Assembly (NCBI GenBank): GCA_029856145.1
Contig: JAHQWK010000020.1
Location: 64,001-128,000, forward strand
DNA from: Promethearchaeia archaeon
Lineage (GTDB): Archaea; Asgardarchaeota; Lokiarchaeia; Sigyniarchaeales; SOKP01
Direction: 5' to 3'
DNA: 64,000 nucleotides
The notes under the pieces are model-generated. The model ran no database searches, was not told where the DNA came from, and saw nothing but the letters and a program-made list of their open reading frames with translations. Both the position numbers and the translations under genes were made by a program. This document shows positions 49,579-59,559 of the stretch, in pieces; within the stretch, counting starts at the first letter, position 1, and each line of letters opens with the position of its first letter.

Positions 49579-49653
49579 GGACCTATAGCCTAGCCTGGAT
49601 AGGGCGTCGGACTTCTAATCCGAAAGTCGCAGGTTCGAATCCTGCTAGGTCCG
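49579..49653 (+). tRNA. tRNA-Arg(TCT)
   Basis: GGACCTA/TAGGTCC+G acceptor, anticodon arm TCGGA-CTTCTAA-TCCGA, T-arm GCAGG-TTCGAAT-CCTGC. Confidence 0.97.
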
Positions 49654-49656
49654 CTC

Positions 49657-50805
49657 TTATTTTGAGGCTTTTATTTTTAAGTCTACAACAATTAATTCAG
49701 ATTTTGGCGAATAATGCTTTACAATTTTAGAAAAAATAATAGATTCAATTTCCCAATTAAGAAGAGTTAGTTCTTCTTCAAGAAACTTTAAAGTTTTTTC
49801 TATAGGGTTTGGTTTTTCTGAGAATTGATAAAAATGTAGAATCCCCCCAGATTCTTTCATTAAGAAGCAAGCTACATCAATGAAATTGATTGAACTTTCG
49901 GGTAAGTTCATAATTATCCTGTCTGCTTTGTTGTATAATGATTTGCTTAATTGGTTTGTGGGCTCAAGAAGATTTTTAACATCAATGTTGTTTGGGAAAA
50001 TTTCTCCGTTAAGTTTATTTAATTTGATATTGTCTTTCAAATATCTATAGGCATTGGGGTTTACATCAAAAGCATAAATTTTGACATTTTTATTTTTCGC
50101 GATTTGAATTGAGAACGTTCCAACTCCCGCAAACATATCAAGAATTATCTCATCTTCTTGTATCTCACTTGAAGCAATCCTTCGTCGCTCGAAAACCAAT
50201 CTTGGAGAAAAATATATATTCTTAATATCAAGTCTGAAAAAGCAATCATTTTCCTTATGAATTGTTTCAGATTTATCCTCGCCATTTAAAAGAGTCAATT
50301 CTCTTAAACGATACTTACCTTTTATTTCACTTTTCTTCTCATAAACGGTTTTGACATTATTATTTACATCTATTATCGCATTAGCAATTTTATCCTTATA
50401 ATCATGATACTCTTTATCATATAATTGATTAAATTTATCAAATTCGATTACAGCAATATGTCCAATAATGTCATATGATTTTGGAATTAAATCTAAATAT
50501 TCATCTGGAATTTTACCTTTTACTGCTTCCTGAAGTGTTTTATATTTATAATTTTCGTTAGGTATTCCTTCTTTGGAAATCATTTCAAAATTGATTTCTT
50601 TATCTATAACTGTTTTTATTTTATCAAGGATAGATTGCCCTTTTATTATTGGATATAAAATATAATCGTTCTCATGTAAAATTTTAAATTTATGGTTAAT
50701 AATTAGAGTAGCTTTAAGATTTTTTTTTATAAAATCAATAAAATGCTGTCCGTCTTTCTTTTTCAATTTAATATATGTAATTTCTTTTTTGTTATTGATT
50801 TCCAT
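49657..50805 (-). CDS. trm5: tRNA (guanine37-N1) methyltransferase Trm5/Taw22 family
   Basis: SYDIIGHIA, YFSPRL..ER, DMFAGVG, RIIMNLP. Confidence 0.9.
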   Translation of the reverse strand: MEINNKKEITYIKLKKKDGQHFIDFIKKNLKATLIINHKFKILHENDYILYPIIKGQSILDKIKTVIDKEINFEMISKEGIPNENYKYKTLQEAVKGKIPDEYLDLIPKSYDIIGHIAVIEFDKFNQLYDKEYHDYKDKIANAIIDVNNNVKTVYEKKSEIKGKYRLRELTLLNGEDKSETIHKENDCFFRLDIKNIYFSPRLVFERRRIASSEIQEDEIILDMFAGVGTFSIQIAKNKNVKIYAFDVNPNAYRYLKDNIKLNKLNGEIFPNNIDVKNLLEPTNQLSKSLYNKADRIIMNLPESSINFIDVACFLMKESGGILHFYQFSEKPNPIEKTLKFLEEELTLLNWEIESIIFSKIVKHYSPKSELIVVDLKIKASK

Positions 50806-51229
50806 TTATCTCATTTAGTTCAAATGTTATTGTTATTCTTTTTCCCGGAATTTTTAGCATTTCAATTAAAGCACGATTTATCTCATTTGATGATTTTGTA
50901 CAATTAACCAGTACGGTTCTGTTGCAAATATAATTACTTGTACGAAATACCATATCATCTTTATCTAATAATCTTAGCTCTTTATTTCCAAAACCATAGA
51001 AGGAATCTTGGATATTTTCTATTTTTAATGTAACTTTTAATTTTTTTCCATTATTTATTTTTTCTTTCAAAGTGGAATTTAAATCAAAACAAGCTTTTGT
51101 AGCATTAATCCCTACGATACAATTTCCTTTCCTTGTTAAATTTTTAACTTTTGTAAGTTCTATCGTTGTTTTATGAGTGCTTAATATATTTTCATGGCCA
51201 AAAGCATAAATTTTGTCTAAAATAGTCAT
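50792..51229 (-). CDS. DUF371 family protein
   Basis: GHENILSTHKTTIELT, GNCIVG, VFRTSNY. Confidence 0.88.
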   Translation of the reverse strand: MTILDKIYAFGHENILSTHKTTIELTKVKNLTRKGNCIVGINATKACFDLNSTLKEKINNGKKLKVTLKIENIQDSFYGFGNKELRLLDKDDMVFRTSNYICNRTVLVNCTKSSNEINRALIEMLKIPGKRITITFELNEINGNQ

Positions 51230-52876
51230 TTAATCACTTTTAAAGAATTTAATAAGGGGGTCTAGTTCATTAAATTTAGCAATCTCGAGTTTATATTTAG
51301 ATTTTAAAATATCGGCCAATTTAATTATGATATTTTTTTTAGAATATTGGACAACTTCATTGAATTGATTAATAAATTCCTCAGGAATTAATATTCCGCA
51401 TTTAGAATAATTTTGAGAATGAAATTTAAAAAATAATTCTAACTTTTGCACTAAACTCTGGTAAATTAAATTTTTTTCACTCAATAAATCAATTGATTCA
51501 TATTGGCCCATGGGAAAAGAAAAGCTTAGTTCTAGTGGAATAATTCCATAAAAATCAGAGAAAAATGCCACATGAAGAAGTTTCCGGGGTATTATTGAGT
51601 TATTATTAATTTTTTCTAACCAATTCTTGATACTTGGTGATCTATCGCCCTTTGCATCCAACTCAGGTAAAATTACTAAAAATTTTGCATTTTCTGGAAC
51701 TCTATAATTATCTTTTAATTTGGCTTCATAACGATAAAGCAGAGGTCTTTCAACACTTTCTAGAGAAGAATAAAGCCTACCGTGCGTTTTATACAATTTC
51801 TCATGTGTTTCAAATAAAGGTAAATATGATTTAATTAATTTTGAAGCTTTAACTAAACTAGGATGATTTCGAATCCTTTGTTCAACAAGCTCCCATAAGT
51901 TACCTTCTTTAATCGCTTGCCGTATTGTTCTTAATTCTGAAAATGACAAGTATAAATTATGTTTAGCTAATAGTTCAGTTCGCAATGTTTCATCGAATTT
52001 TAACACTTCTTTAGGGTTATAGTCACAACATATAGGACAGTGGCATGGAAATTCTTCTAATTCATCTAATTTCCTTGTTCCCGTAGATAATGTGAAATAT
52101 CTGTTTTCTTTTGCAAATAATATGTATGCTGCGGAATCCATTAAGTCGCACCCGCATGCCACGGCTAAGGAAAAGAATTGAGGTAAGCCTAATCCGAACA
52201 TATGAATAGGTTTATTCCATATTATGTCTTTTTTTACATTCAAAAGAATTTCTATTACTAAATCAAATCTGTAGTTTAGGAGTGATTTAACTAAACCTCC
52301 TATTGCGTAAACTCCAAAATCTAGTTTACTCATTTCAGTTGTGCTTGTTTTTAATAAATCATCATATTTAGCTCCATGAATTGGGCCAAACCAGTGACAA
52401 GTATCCTTGATTCTTCGATTAATGTTTTCTTTAGCTCGCTCTATTGTTATATCAACTTTCTTTTTAGCGATATCATAATTATCATCAGGTTGAACAGGTT
52501 CATCTAAGATCACAGCAAAATCTGTTCCAATATCTTCTTGGAATTTTTCTATTTCTGCTGCTTGAATTTTTAACTTGTTTTTGTTGTACATATACTTTTG
52601 GAAAGCTCCACTATCCGTTGCTGTTATTCCATCAAAATTTAAATGTGAATGTAGTCCTTTCCTTAAGATGTCATCTCGGATTTGTTTATTCTGATAGATA
52701 ATATAAGCATTTGTAAAAACACATTGAGCACCTATTTTTTTCAAATCTGAAGTTGAAATAATATTTTTGTATGGATGTAACACAGGAAATAAATTGGGAG
52801 TGATCATTTGTTTGTTATTTACAGTTAATTTTCCAATTCTTCCTAAAGCATCAAAATCAGAGATCTCCCATTTCAT
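51230..52876 (-). CDS. tgtA: archaeosine tRNA-guanine(15) transglycosylase
   Basis: TDSGAFQ, IHMFG, GCDLMDSAAY, CHCPIC, HNL, LWELVEQR; no C-terminal PUA domain evident. Confidence 0.93.
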   Translation of the reverse strand: MKWEISDFDALGRIGKLTVNNKQMITPNLFPVLHPYKNIISTSDLKKIGAQCVFTNAYIIYQNKQIRDDILRKGLHSHLNFDGITATDSGAFQKYMYNKNKLKIQAAEIEKFQEDIGTDFAVILDEPVQPDDNYDIAKKKVDITIERAKENINRRIKDTCHWFGPIHGAKYDDLLKTSTTEMSKLDFGVYAIGGLVKSLLNYRFDLVIEILLNVKKDIIWNKPIHMFGLGLPQFFSLAVACGCDLMDSAAYILFAKENRYFTLSTGTRKLDELEEFPCHCPICCDYNPKEVLKFDETLRTELLAKHNLYLSFSELRTIRQAIKEGNLWELVEQRIRNHPSLVKASKLIKSYLPLFETHEKLYKTHGRLYSSLESVERPLLYRYEAKLKDNYRVPENAKFLVILPELDAKGDRSPSIKNWLEKINNNSIIPRKLLHVAFFSDFYGIIPLELSFSFPMGQYESIDLLSEKNLIYQSLVQKLELFFKFHSQNYSKCGILIPEEFINQFNEVVQYSKKNIIIKLADILKSKYKLEIAKFNELDPLIKFFKSD

Positions 52877-52903
52877 ATTATCTACCTTCTTTAATTTAAA
52901 TAC

Positions 52904-53497
52904 CTAATCGAAAAACTCTTCTAACCGATTTTCTTGAAATAGTTTTTCCAACCAATCTATTTTACCTATAAAATAATTATTTCCATCTTGATTTCCGAGT
53001 ACGATATCTACAATAATTTTAGCTATTGAATAAATACTGAGATTTGTCGTATTTATTTCAAAAAGTGGAAATTTTGATTGTTTTTGAATAAAATAATTCA
53101 CGCAATTGCCTAAAATTTCTGCTTGAATGTTTTCAATAATTTTTTCTGAAGTATATTTTTTTTTTTCTAACCTTTTGTATAATTCATCCGGATTACATCT
53201 TAAAATGAACGCATAATCAATAAAATTTTCTGGAATAATATCAGAGAAATGACTTTCTATTATCAGGAAAGGTGAATCAGCTTGCCTAATCTCATCAATC
53301 TTTTTTAAGACATAGGGCAAAAATATTTCAAAATCTACAATGTAGGTTTTTCTTTCTTCATCATATTCGAATGAAAATTTATCAGAAATTGCTAATTCAT
53401 TCAAAGAGATCATTTTAGCCTGCAAGAAATTAGTTATTTCTTTTGCTACTGAGGTTTTCCCACAACCTGGTGTTCCGGAGATTAAAATATTTTTCAT
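52904..53497 (-). CDS. adenylate kinase AK6/Fap7 family
   Basis: ISGTPGCGKT, IIESH, LRC, ENIQAEI. Confidence 0.9.
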   Translation of the reverse strand: MKNILISGTPGCGKTSVAKEITNFLQAKMISLNELAISDKFSFEYDEERKTYIVDFEIFLPYVLKKIDEIRQADSPFLIIESHFSDIIPENFIDYAFILRCNPDELYKRLEKKKYTSEKIIENIQAEILGNCVNYFIQKQSKFPLFEINTTNLSIYSIAKIIVDIVLGNQDGNNYFIGKIDWLEKLFQENRLEEFFD

Positions 53498-53572
53498 TTC
53501 TAAATTTATAATAGAGTAGGATAATTAAAAAAATGAATGAATATACTTGAAATTAATTCAAGCTAAAAATAA

Positions 53573-53646
53573 TGGGAAAGGGGGGCTTCGAACCCCCGAC
53601 CTCACGGTTATCAGCCGTGCGCTATACCAGGCTAAGCCACTCTCCC
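53573..53646 (-). tRNA. tRNA-Ile(GAT)
   Basis: GGGAGAG/CTTTCCC+A acceptor, CACGG-CTGATAA-CCGTG anticodon arm, GGGGG-TTCGAAG-CCCCC T-arm. Confidence 0.96.
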
Positions 53647-53783
53647 TTAACAGGAATGTTCACAGTATGAAAATGCATATTTTAAAAAACGTTTTTTAAC
53701 GAATAAATTTAATAAATCGTATTTAAAAAATTTTTTGACCTAAAATATAATAGATAAAACGTTGTATTTTATATTAGTTAGCA

Positions 53784-54215
53784 ATGCCTAGAATTTTAAA
53801 TTATTCAATAGTAGGTTTAGAGGATTATACAATTAGCTTTGAGAGTTATTGTTCTTTATGCGAAATTCAAAAATACTGCAAGTTTGGAAAAGAAGAACCT
53901 TTTTCTATTAAAATCAGTTGTAGTGATTTAAATCGGGCAAAAGAAAAAGTAAAATTTGACCAACTTCAAAGACTACAAAAGACAGAAGATGTTTCAGTTC
54001 CATATGAAGAGCTAGTTAAAAAGGTAAGAATTAATCTGCAAAATATAATTTCTCAAATATGGAAAGGGAAAATTAAAGCTCAAAAAGAAGAAATTAGATG
54101 CTTAGACTCTAGAAAAATTGATCCTATGTTAGTTTCACAACAAGGGCAGAATTGGTGGCAAGATTTTAACGCAACAATTAAAGTTATTAATCAAGAGTGT
54201 GAAAAGATTACCTAA
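53784..54215 (+). CDS. hypothetical protein with Cys cluster
   Basis: CSLCEIQKYC...C; 143 aa. Confidence 0.75.
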   Translation: MPRILNYSIVGLEDYTISFESYCSLCEIQKYCKFGKEEPFSIKISCSDLNRAKEKVKFDQLQRLQKTEDVSVPYEELVKKVRINLQNIISQIWKGKIKAQKEEIRCLDSRKIDPMLVSQQGQNWWQDFNATIKVINQECEKIT

Positions 54216-54271
54216 CCTAATGTAAAAGATTTTGTAGACTTTAAATACGCAGTATTAAATATTATTATGTC

Positions 54272-54904
54272 ATGGTTTTGTATGGACAAATCATTAAGAA
54301 CATTTTCTCCATAGATGAAGTGTTTAATGCCATAATCGCAGTGCTGGAAAATTTTTGTATCGCTTTCAATAATTTCTTTTTAATTTTATGCAAATATCTG
54401 AAATTTATTTTTGTTTTTATTATTTTAACTATTGGAATTCTAACTTTATTAAGATTAAGAGGTGTTTATCGACAATCTAGATTAGTTAGTAAAGATAAAC
54501 AAGAAGATCTATTCATGAAACCAAGATTAATTTTAGGATGTTCCTATATTGTTTTAGCTTTTGGAATTCTTTTTAATTATATCACTTATTTTTTAATTTG
54601 GATTTTGGATCCACTACCTGATAAATTAATCTTTAGTTTTATTGATTTTGATGGGATCGATCCTTTTTATCTAAATAGGCTAATGAATCTTAGTACTTGT
54701 CAGTTTCCTCATGAAAAAACTATATATTATTGCTTTTCTTATTTTTCTTTATTTTCATTACTACAAATATTAGTAAGTCTATGGTATCTCATCAATAATA
54801 ATCGTTTGATTAATAACCCAAGAAAAACATTCATGTGGTTAATTTCTGGTGTTATGGAAGGACTTTTATTCGGTTTCAATACATCTCTTCCATTTTTTTT
54901 GTAA
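54272..54904 (+). CDS. membrane protein
   Basis: About 4 hydrophobic segments. Confidence 0.7.
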   Translation: MVLYGQIIKNIFSIDEVFNAIIAVLENFCIAFNNFFLILCKYLKFIFVFIILTIGILTLLRLRGVYRQSRLVSKDKQEDLFMKPRLILGCSYIVLAFGILFNYITYFLIWILDPLPDKLIFSFIDFDGIDPFYLNRLMNLSTCQFPHEKTIYYCFSYFSLFSLLQILVSLWYLINNNRLINNPRKTFMWLISGVMEGLLFGFNTSLPFFL

Positions 54905-55141
54905 AAATTTAACATGCATAACTTTAATTGCATTTTCTAGATACACACAGATTCTGAGCGAAACATTTAAATAATATATTTATATATATATTATTTGCAT
55001 CAAAGAATATATTAGAGTTTCAGTCACGTATATTTTTACAATTTCAAAATAGTATTTTATTCGGTACACGGGTTAATTTTTGCTTAGAAAGATTTATTAG
55101 AAGGATATTTATAATTTTAAAAATATAATTGGGTTGGTATT

Positions 55142-56029
55142 ATGGAAGTTGAATCAGATTTAAGTAATTTATCAAATTTATGCCCAGAATGTGGAGGCAA
55201 GATTATTTTACTTCATGAGAAGGGCGAGACTGTCTGTGGACAGTGTGGTTTAGTTATAAGTGAGCGTATTGTTGATATTTCGCATAGTGGAAAAAGGGCT
55301 TTTACTAAACAAGAAAAAGAAAGTAGAGAACGAACTGGATCTCCGATTTCAATTTTATTACCAGATATGGGACTAAGTACAATTATAGATAAGGCTAATA
55401 TTAAAAGTCCTGATTTGAAAAGAGCTGCTAAATGGAATTCTCGAATGACTTGGGATAAGAGGAATATGTTGATTGCTACTACCGAATTAAAAAGAATTGG
55501 AAGTAATCTAAACTTACCAAATCATGTTAAAAAAGCAGCAATAAGATTATATATAGAAGCATTTAAAAAGAAACTGCTCCGTGGGAGATCTATTAATGGA
55601 ATGGTTGCTGCGTGTTTATATTTTGCGTGTAGAGAAATAAAAATCCCACGAACTTTACAAGAAATTTTAGATCAAACCTCAATAAGCGCAAAAAATGTCA
55701 GAAGATGTTATAGAACTCTGATTAGAGAATTAAATTTAAAAGCTCCTTCTACGGATCCAATTTCTCTTATTCCAAGATTTATAGCAGAATTGGAATTAGA
55801 TGCAGATGCAGAAAATGTAACAATAAAGATTTTACAAAACTTTACTTCTAAATTTTCCACAAGTGGTAAAGATCCGAAAGGTTTATGCGCAGGAGCATTA
55901 TATTTAGTATGTAAAAAAAAAGATAAAAAAATATCACAGAAAGATATAGCAAACCTAGTAGGTGTAACTGAAGTAACTCTTCGCTCAAGATATAAAGAAC
56001 TTGTAAAAATGTTAAATATTATGGTTTAA
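55142..56029 (+). CDS. tfb: transcription initiation factor IIB (TFB paralogue)
   Basis: CPECG...CGQCG Zn ribbon, RTGSP, LLRGRS, PRTL, SGKDP, GVTEVTLRSRYKE. Confidence 0.96.
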   Translation: MEVESDLSNLSNLCPECGGKIILLHEKGETVCGQCGLVISERIVDISHSGKRAFTKQEKESRERTGSPISILLPDMGLSTIIDKANIKSPDLKRAAKWNSRMTWDKRNMLIATTELKRIGSNLNLPNHVKKAAIRLYIEAFKKKLLRGRSINGMVAACLYFACREIKIPRTLQEILDQTSISAKNVRRCYRTLIRELNLKAPSTDPISLIPRFIAELELDADAENVTIKILQNFTSKFSTSGKDPKGLCAGALYLVCKKKDKKISQKDIANLVGVTEVTLRSRYKELVKMLNIMV

Positions 56030-56050
56030 ATAAAATTTAAACTCTTTTTT

Positions 56051-56632
56051 TTAATCTTCTTTTTTTAACATTATTTTTATAAAATCTGGTAAAGTTAATA
56101 GATAGCTTTGAGCATTTGGTAAGTGATCTTTGATTTTAATAAATAATTGAGAATAATTTTCAGCTTTTTCCTTTTGTTTAAGTACATCATTTCGTGTTTG
56201 TTCTCTTACTGGTTCAACCGGAATTCCCCTCATTACTACACGAGCAGGAATAGTTAATCCAGGAGGAACCTGACTTTGATTTAGAATGATTACTCCTTCT
56301 CCAATTGATGCTTCATCGTATATTAATGTTCCTTCTTTTATTTGAACATAATCTTCTAAAAAACATCCTAAAAGTGTAACCCCTGATTCAATAATACAAT
56401 ATCTTCCAATATTTATTGAACTTTTTTGAGAGCGTGTAAACATCATTACACCATCAAAGATAGTCGTATATTCCCCTATATTAATTGGAGAATTTTCTGC
56501 GCGAATGATTGATCCTGGCCAAATTATAACATTTTCATTAACACGTACGTCACCGATAAGTGTTGCCATTGGCGAAACATAACTTTTTGGACTAATATTA
56601 GGTTTTTTTCCATTATATTCTATTATTGGCAT
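56051..56632 (-). CDS. gamma-carbonic-anhydrase-like left-handed beta-helix protein lacking Zn-binding His
   Basis: ATLIGDV, IWPGSIIRAE, hexapeptide repeats, GIP. Confidence 0.8.
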   Translation of the reverse strand: MPIIEYNGKKPNISPKSYVSPMATLIGDVRVNENVIIWPGSIIRAENSPINIGEYTTIFDGVMMFTRSQKSSINIGRYCIIESGVTLLGCFLEDYVQIKEGTLIYDEASIGEGVIILNQSQVPPGLTIPARVVMRGIPVEPVREQTRNDVLKQKEKAENYSQLFIKIKDHLPNAQSYLLTLPDFIKIMLKKED

Positions 56633-56728
56633 AAAATCTTCACTAAATTTTTTATAAAAATAAGGTATAATTATTAGTATTTAAATTCAAATTATTTCTT
56701 AAGAAATTTAAACTTTTATTTAATCCAT

Positions 56729-57553
56729 TTAGATATAGGTTTTAAAAGGATCTTTAGATTCAAATAAAACAAATTCAACTTGAGGAAATTCTAGACTCAA
56801 AATGTGGCATAATTTTTTCATTGCTAGAATTTCATTTTTATAGTGTGATATTTCTATAAGATTTAGGCTAAGATCCCTAGCAAGAATACCATCAAAGTAA
56901 TTAAGATTTCCCGAAATATAACAATCACAACCAAGATTTACTGCTTTTTTAATAAGTCTAACATTTGATATATCTCCTCCAATAACACATATTTTTTTTA
57001 TTACTCTTCCAAGATCTCCTACAAATAGCACTGATTTTAAATTAAAATTTCTTTTTATTCTCTTAATTAAATCTTCTAAAGTAAAAGGATCTTTTTGGTT
57101 TGGATAATTCAATAGTGAGCAGATTCTCCCAACTGGGATTTTTTTTCCATCATTGTTCTTAATTTCTAATACATTTTCTAATTTTAAATAAAGAACATTG
57201 ACGAGTGTATCTGAAACCCCACCTTCTGCTGCAATAAATGAGGAATTTAGTACAAATATCGAAATTGGGTATTTTGAAAGTAAAGATAATTTATCTATTA
57301 TGTTTTGATTGAATTTTTTTATTGGCTTGTTAATTAAGCTATGATGGGATATTATTAAACTGACTTTATGTTTTAAGGCAAAATATATCGCTTCTAAGCT
57401 TAAATCTATTGTTAACATAACCTTTTTTATAATTTTATTACTTCTAACTTTATCAAAATATAGTCCATAAATCTCTGAGTTTAGCCTAAAAACTTTTGGA
57501 GATAACTTATTTGTTAAGAGCTCTTTTAATTCTTGAAATAGCATTATAATCAC
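56729..57553 (-). CDS. Nif3/YbgI-like dinuclear metal protein (partly degenerate)
   Basis: GL...KKVMLTID, IISHH, GCDCYISG, SHYKNE. Confidence 0.85.
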   Translation of the reverse strand: MIIMLFQELKELLTNKLSPKVFRLNSEIYGLYFDKVRSNKIIKKVMLTIDLSLEAIYFALKHKVSLIISHHSLINKPIKKFNQNIIDKLSLLSKYPISIFVLNSSFIAAEGGVSDTLVNVLYLKLENVLEIKNNDGKKIPVGRICSLLNYPNQKDPFTLEDLIKRIKRNFNLKSVLFVGDLGRVIKKICVIGGDISNVRLIKKAVNLGCDCYISGNLNYFDGILARDLSLNLIEISHYKNEILAMKKLCHILSLEFPQVEFVLFESKDPFKTYI

Positions 57554-57684
57554 TCAATTCAAGTGCATATAGGAAAAGTCTGAATGTTTTAATATGATAA
57601 AACTGAGTAAAGATTTTTTAATTTTAAATTAAAATATATAAATTAAATTGAAAATATCTTAAACTAAAAAATGGTTCAAAAAAC

Positions 57685-58098
57685 ATGAAACAAAAAGATT
57701 GCATATTTTGTAAAATGGCGGATAGAGAAATCCCCTCGAGAATTATATTTGAAAATGACTTTACTCTTGCTTTTTTAGATATTTCTCCAATTTCTAAGGG
57801 ACATACTATCGTTATCCCAAAAAATCACTACTCAAATTTAGAGGTTATACCTGATTATGAACTTAGCGAAGTTTATAAAGTAGTAAAGAACTTAGCTATA
57901 AGGATTCATAAGAAGATAAAAATTGATGGATATAATGTGCTTCAAAATAATTTTGTTGCGGCAGGTCAAGTAATTAAACATTTTCATGTTCATGTAATTC
58001 CTAGAAACAATGATGATGAAAAGTTTCGAATTAAAATACCTAGAGTTCAAGCATCAGAAGAAGAACTTGAGGAAATTTTTGAAATCTTGAAAGCTTAA
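57685..58098 (+). CDS. HIT family protein
   Basis: DCIFC, AFLDISP, GHT, AGQVIKHFHVHVIPR. Confidence 0.96.
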   Translation: MKQKDCIFCKMADREIPSRIIFENDFTLAFLDISPISKGHTIVIPKNHYSNLEVIPDYELSEVYKVVKNLAIRIHKKIKIDGYNVLQNNFVAAGQVIKHFHVHVIPRNNDDEKFRIKIPRVQASEEELEEIFEILKA

Positions 58099-58171
58099 AA
58101 TAAAATTTTCAAATCTAATTAAATTTAAAATTAGTTTAGTTTATAAAAATATGTGAAAAATTAAGTTAGAA

Positions 58172-58372
58172 ATGAATGTTAAAAGTTTTATTAAAAAATT
58201 TCGATCCAAAACGAAAGAATTTTTTTCCGATGAATATGGAGGGAACCTTATTGAATATGCCCTATTAGTTGGATTTGCTTTATTTATATTTTTTATTATT
58301 GTAGGTGTTGTAACTTCATTGCTAGATTGGACTGTAGGATTATCAAATGATTTTTTTAATTTATTTGGATGA
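58172..58372 (+). CDS. Flp-type (type IVb/c) pilin-like protein
   Basis: Basic leader, FFSDEYG/GNLIEYALL with E+5 Y+6, hydrophobic helix; 66 aa. Confidence 0.7.
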   Translation: MNVKSFIKKFRSKTKEFFSDEYGGNLIEYALLVGFALFIFFIIVGVVTSLLDWTVGLSNDFFNLFG

Positions 58373-58410
58373 TTTCATAAATTATCATTAAATAAATAGA
58401 TTATATTCAA

Positions 58411-58779
58411 CTACGCTTTAACTATCTTATTATCTATAAGCCTAAAGTTATACTTTTCTCCCAATTCATCTAGCTGATTTATTACAAATTCACCATCTAA
58501 TTTTAAATGATCTAAAAATATATTAAATGGGATTTTATCTGTCCTTTTTAAATAATTTCTAATCCTATTATCAAGATCTTCTTTATCAGGAATTTTTTCT
58601 TTTCTTTTTCTCGTTCTTAATTTCTCTAAAAGTGAATCATTTTTACTATCATTTAAAAAATATTCTACAATATTACTGATTACTTGTGCTTTTGTGGCTC
58701 CAAACACATCTACTAATTCTTCAATTAATTTCATATAACTTTTATTTAACGTAACTGTTGTTCTTGTAGTCTCTGTCAT
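58411..58779 (-). CDS. ribbon-helix-helix (CopG-like) protein
   Basis: Likely start ATG 58779: RTTVTLNKSYMKLIEELV...KAQVISNIVEYFL. Confidence 0.7.
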   Translation of the reverse strand: MTETTRTTVTLNKSYMKLIEELVDVFGATKAQVISNIVEYFLNDSKNDSLLEKLRTRKRKEKIPDKEDLDNRIRNYLKRTDKIPFNIFLDHLKLDGEFVINQLDELGEKYNFRLIDNKIVKA

Positions 58780-58991
58780 TTTATCATTGAAAATAAGTAA
58801 TTCTACAATATGTATAGAAAAATATTCATTTTTAAATCTTATGTTAATTGATGATAATAATGCATAAATAAGCATCATTTATATATTAATTAGAATTTAC
58901 TAGATCATAAGAATAAAATTTTTCACTTGAAAAATTAAATCGTCGCAAAATTGTCGTTTTTAAATCTATCTTAAAAGTGGAGGAATAAATT

Positions 58992-59246
58992 ATGGCAAAT
59001 AAAACCACAATAGAAAATTATCTTGAATTAAAAGAATTTTTCTCACCCATCCAATTTAATTTAATTAAAACTCTAAGAGATGAGGGTCCTTTAACAAGGC
59101 GGGATTTAGTTAAGGAATTAAAAATTCCAAGAACAACTATATATGATAATTTAGTAAAACTTCAAAAAAGAAAATTAATTGAAAAATTTTCACGTACTGA
59201 TGGAAAAAGAGGCCGTCCACTCATTTTTTGGGAATTTAAAGGTTAA
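58992..59246 (+). CDS. winged-helix transcription regulator (TrmB/ArsR-like)
   Basis: GPLTRRDLVKELKIPRTTIYDNLVKL...GRP. Confidence 0.85.
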   Translation: MANKTTIENYLELKEFFSPIQFNLIKTLRDEGPLTRRDLVKELKIPRTTIYDNLVKLQKRKLIEKFSRTDGKRGRPLIFWEFKG

Positions 59247-59559
59247 AATTTTATTTTTTCTTTTTTATTTTTATTAATCCAAATTATTAATACTTTGTTA
59301 ATATCAATATAGTCTCTTATATTTCCACTGCAAATTTAATTTTTGAATAGTATTATAAAGTTAATTAATATATTTTAGAATAAGGCCCAGTTAATTATTC
59401 GTATAAATTATTTAAATAATATTATTAAAAATTAAATAAACTAAAATTTCATGATTTAACTTAAATTTCCCAAAAAAGTTCCAATCGAAATAAAGGAGTA
59501 TAAAAAAATATTTAATAATTAAAAAATAATTGAATTATCTATAAATATTTGAAACCATT

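Noticed and set aside
41978-49653. tRNA-Arg-integrated mobile element
   Set aside because: Region lies 5' of the tRNA, no duplicated tRNA end found, no integrase or transposase
58780-58878. N-terminal 33 aa of track ORF 58411-58878
   Set aside because: Looks like AT-rich promoter DNA; the RHH domain starts at ATG 58779
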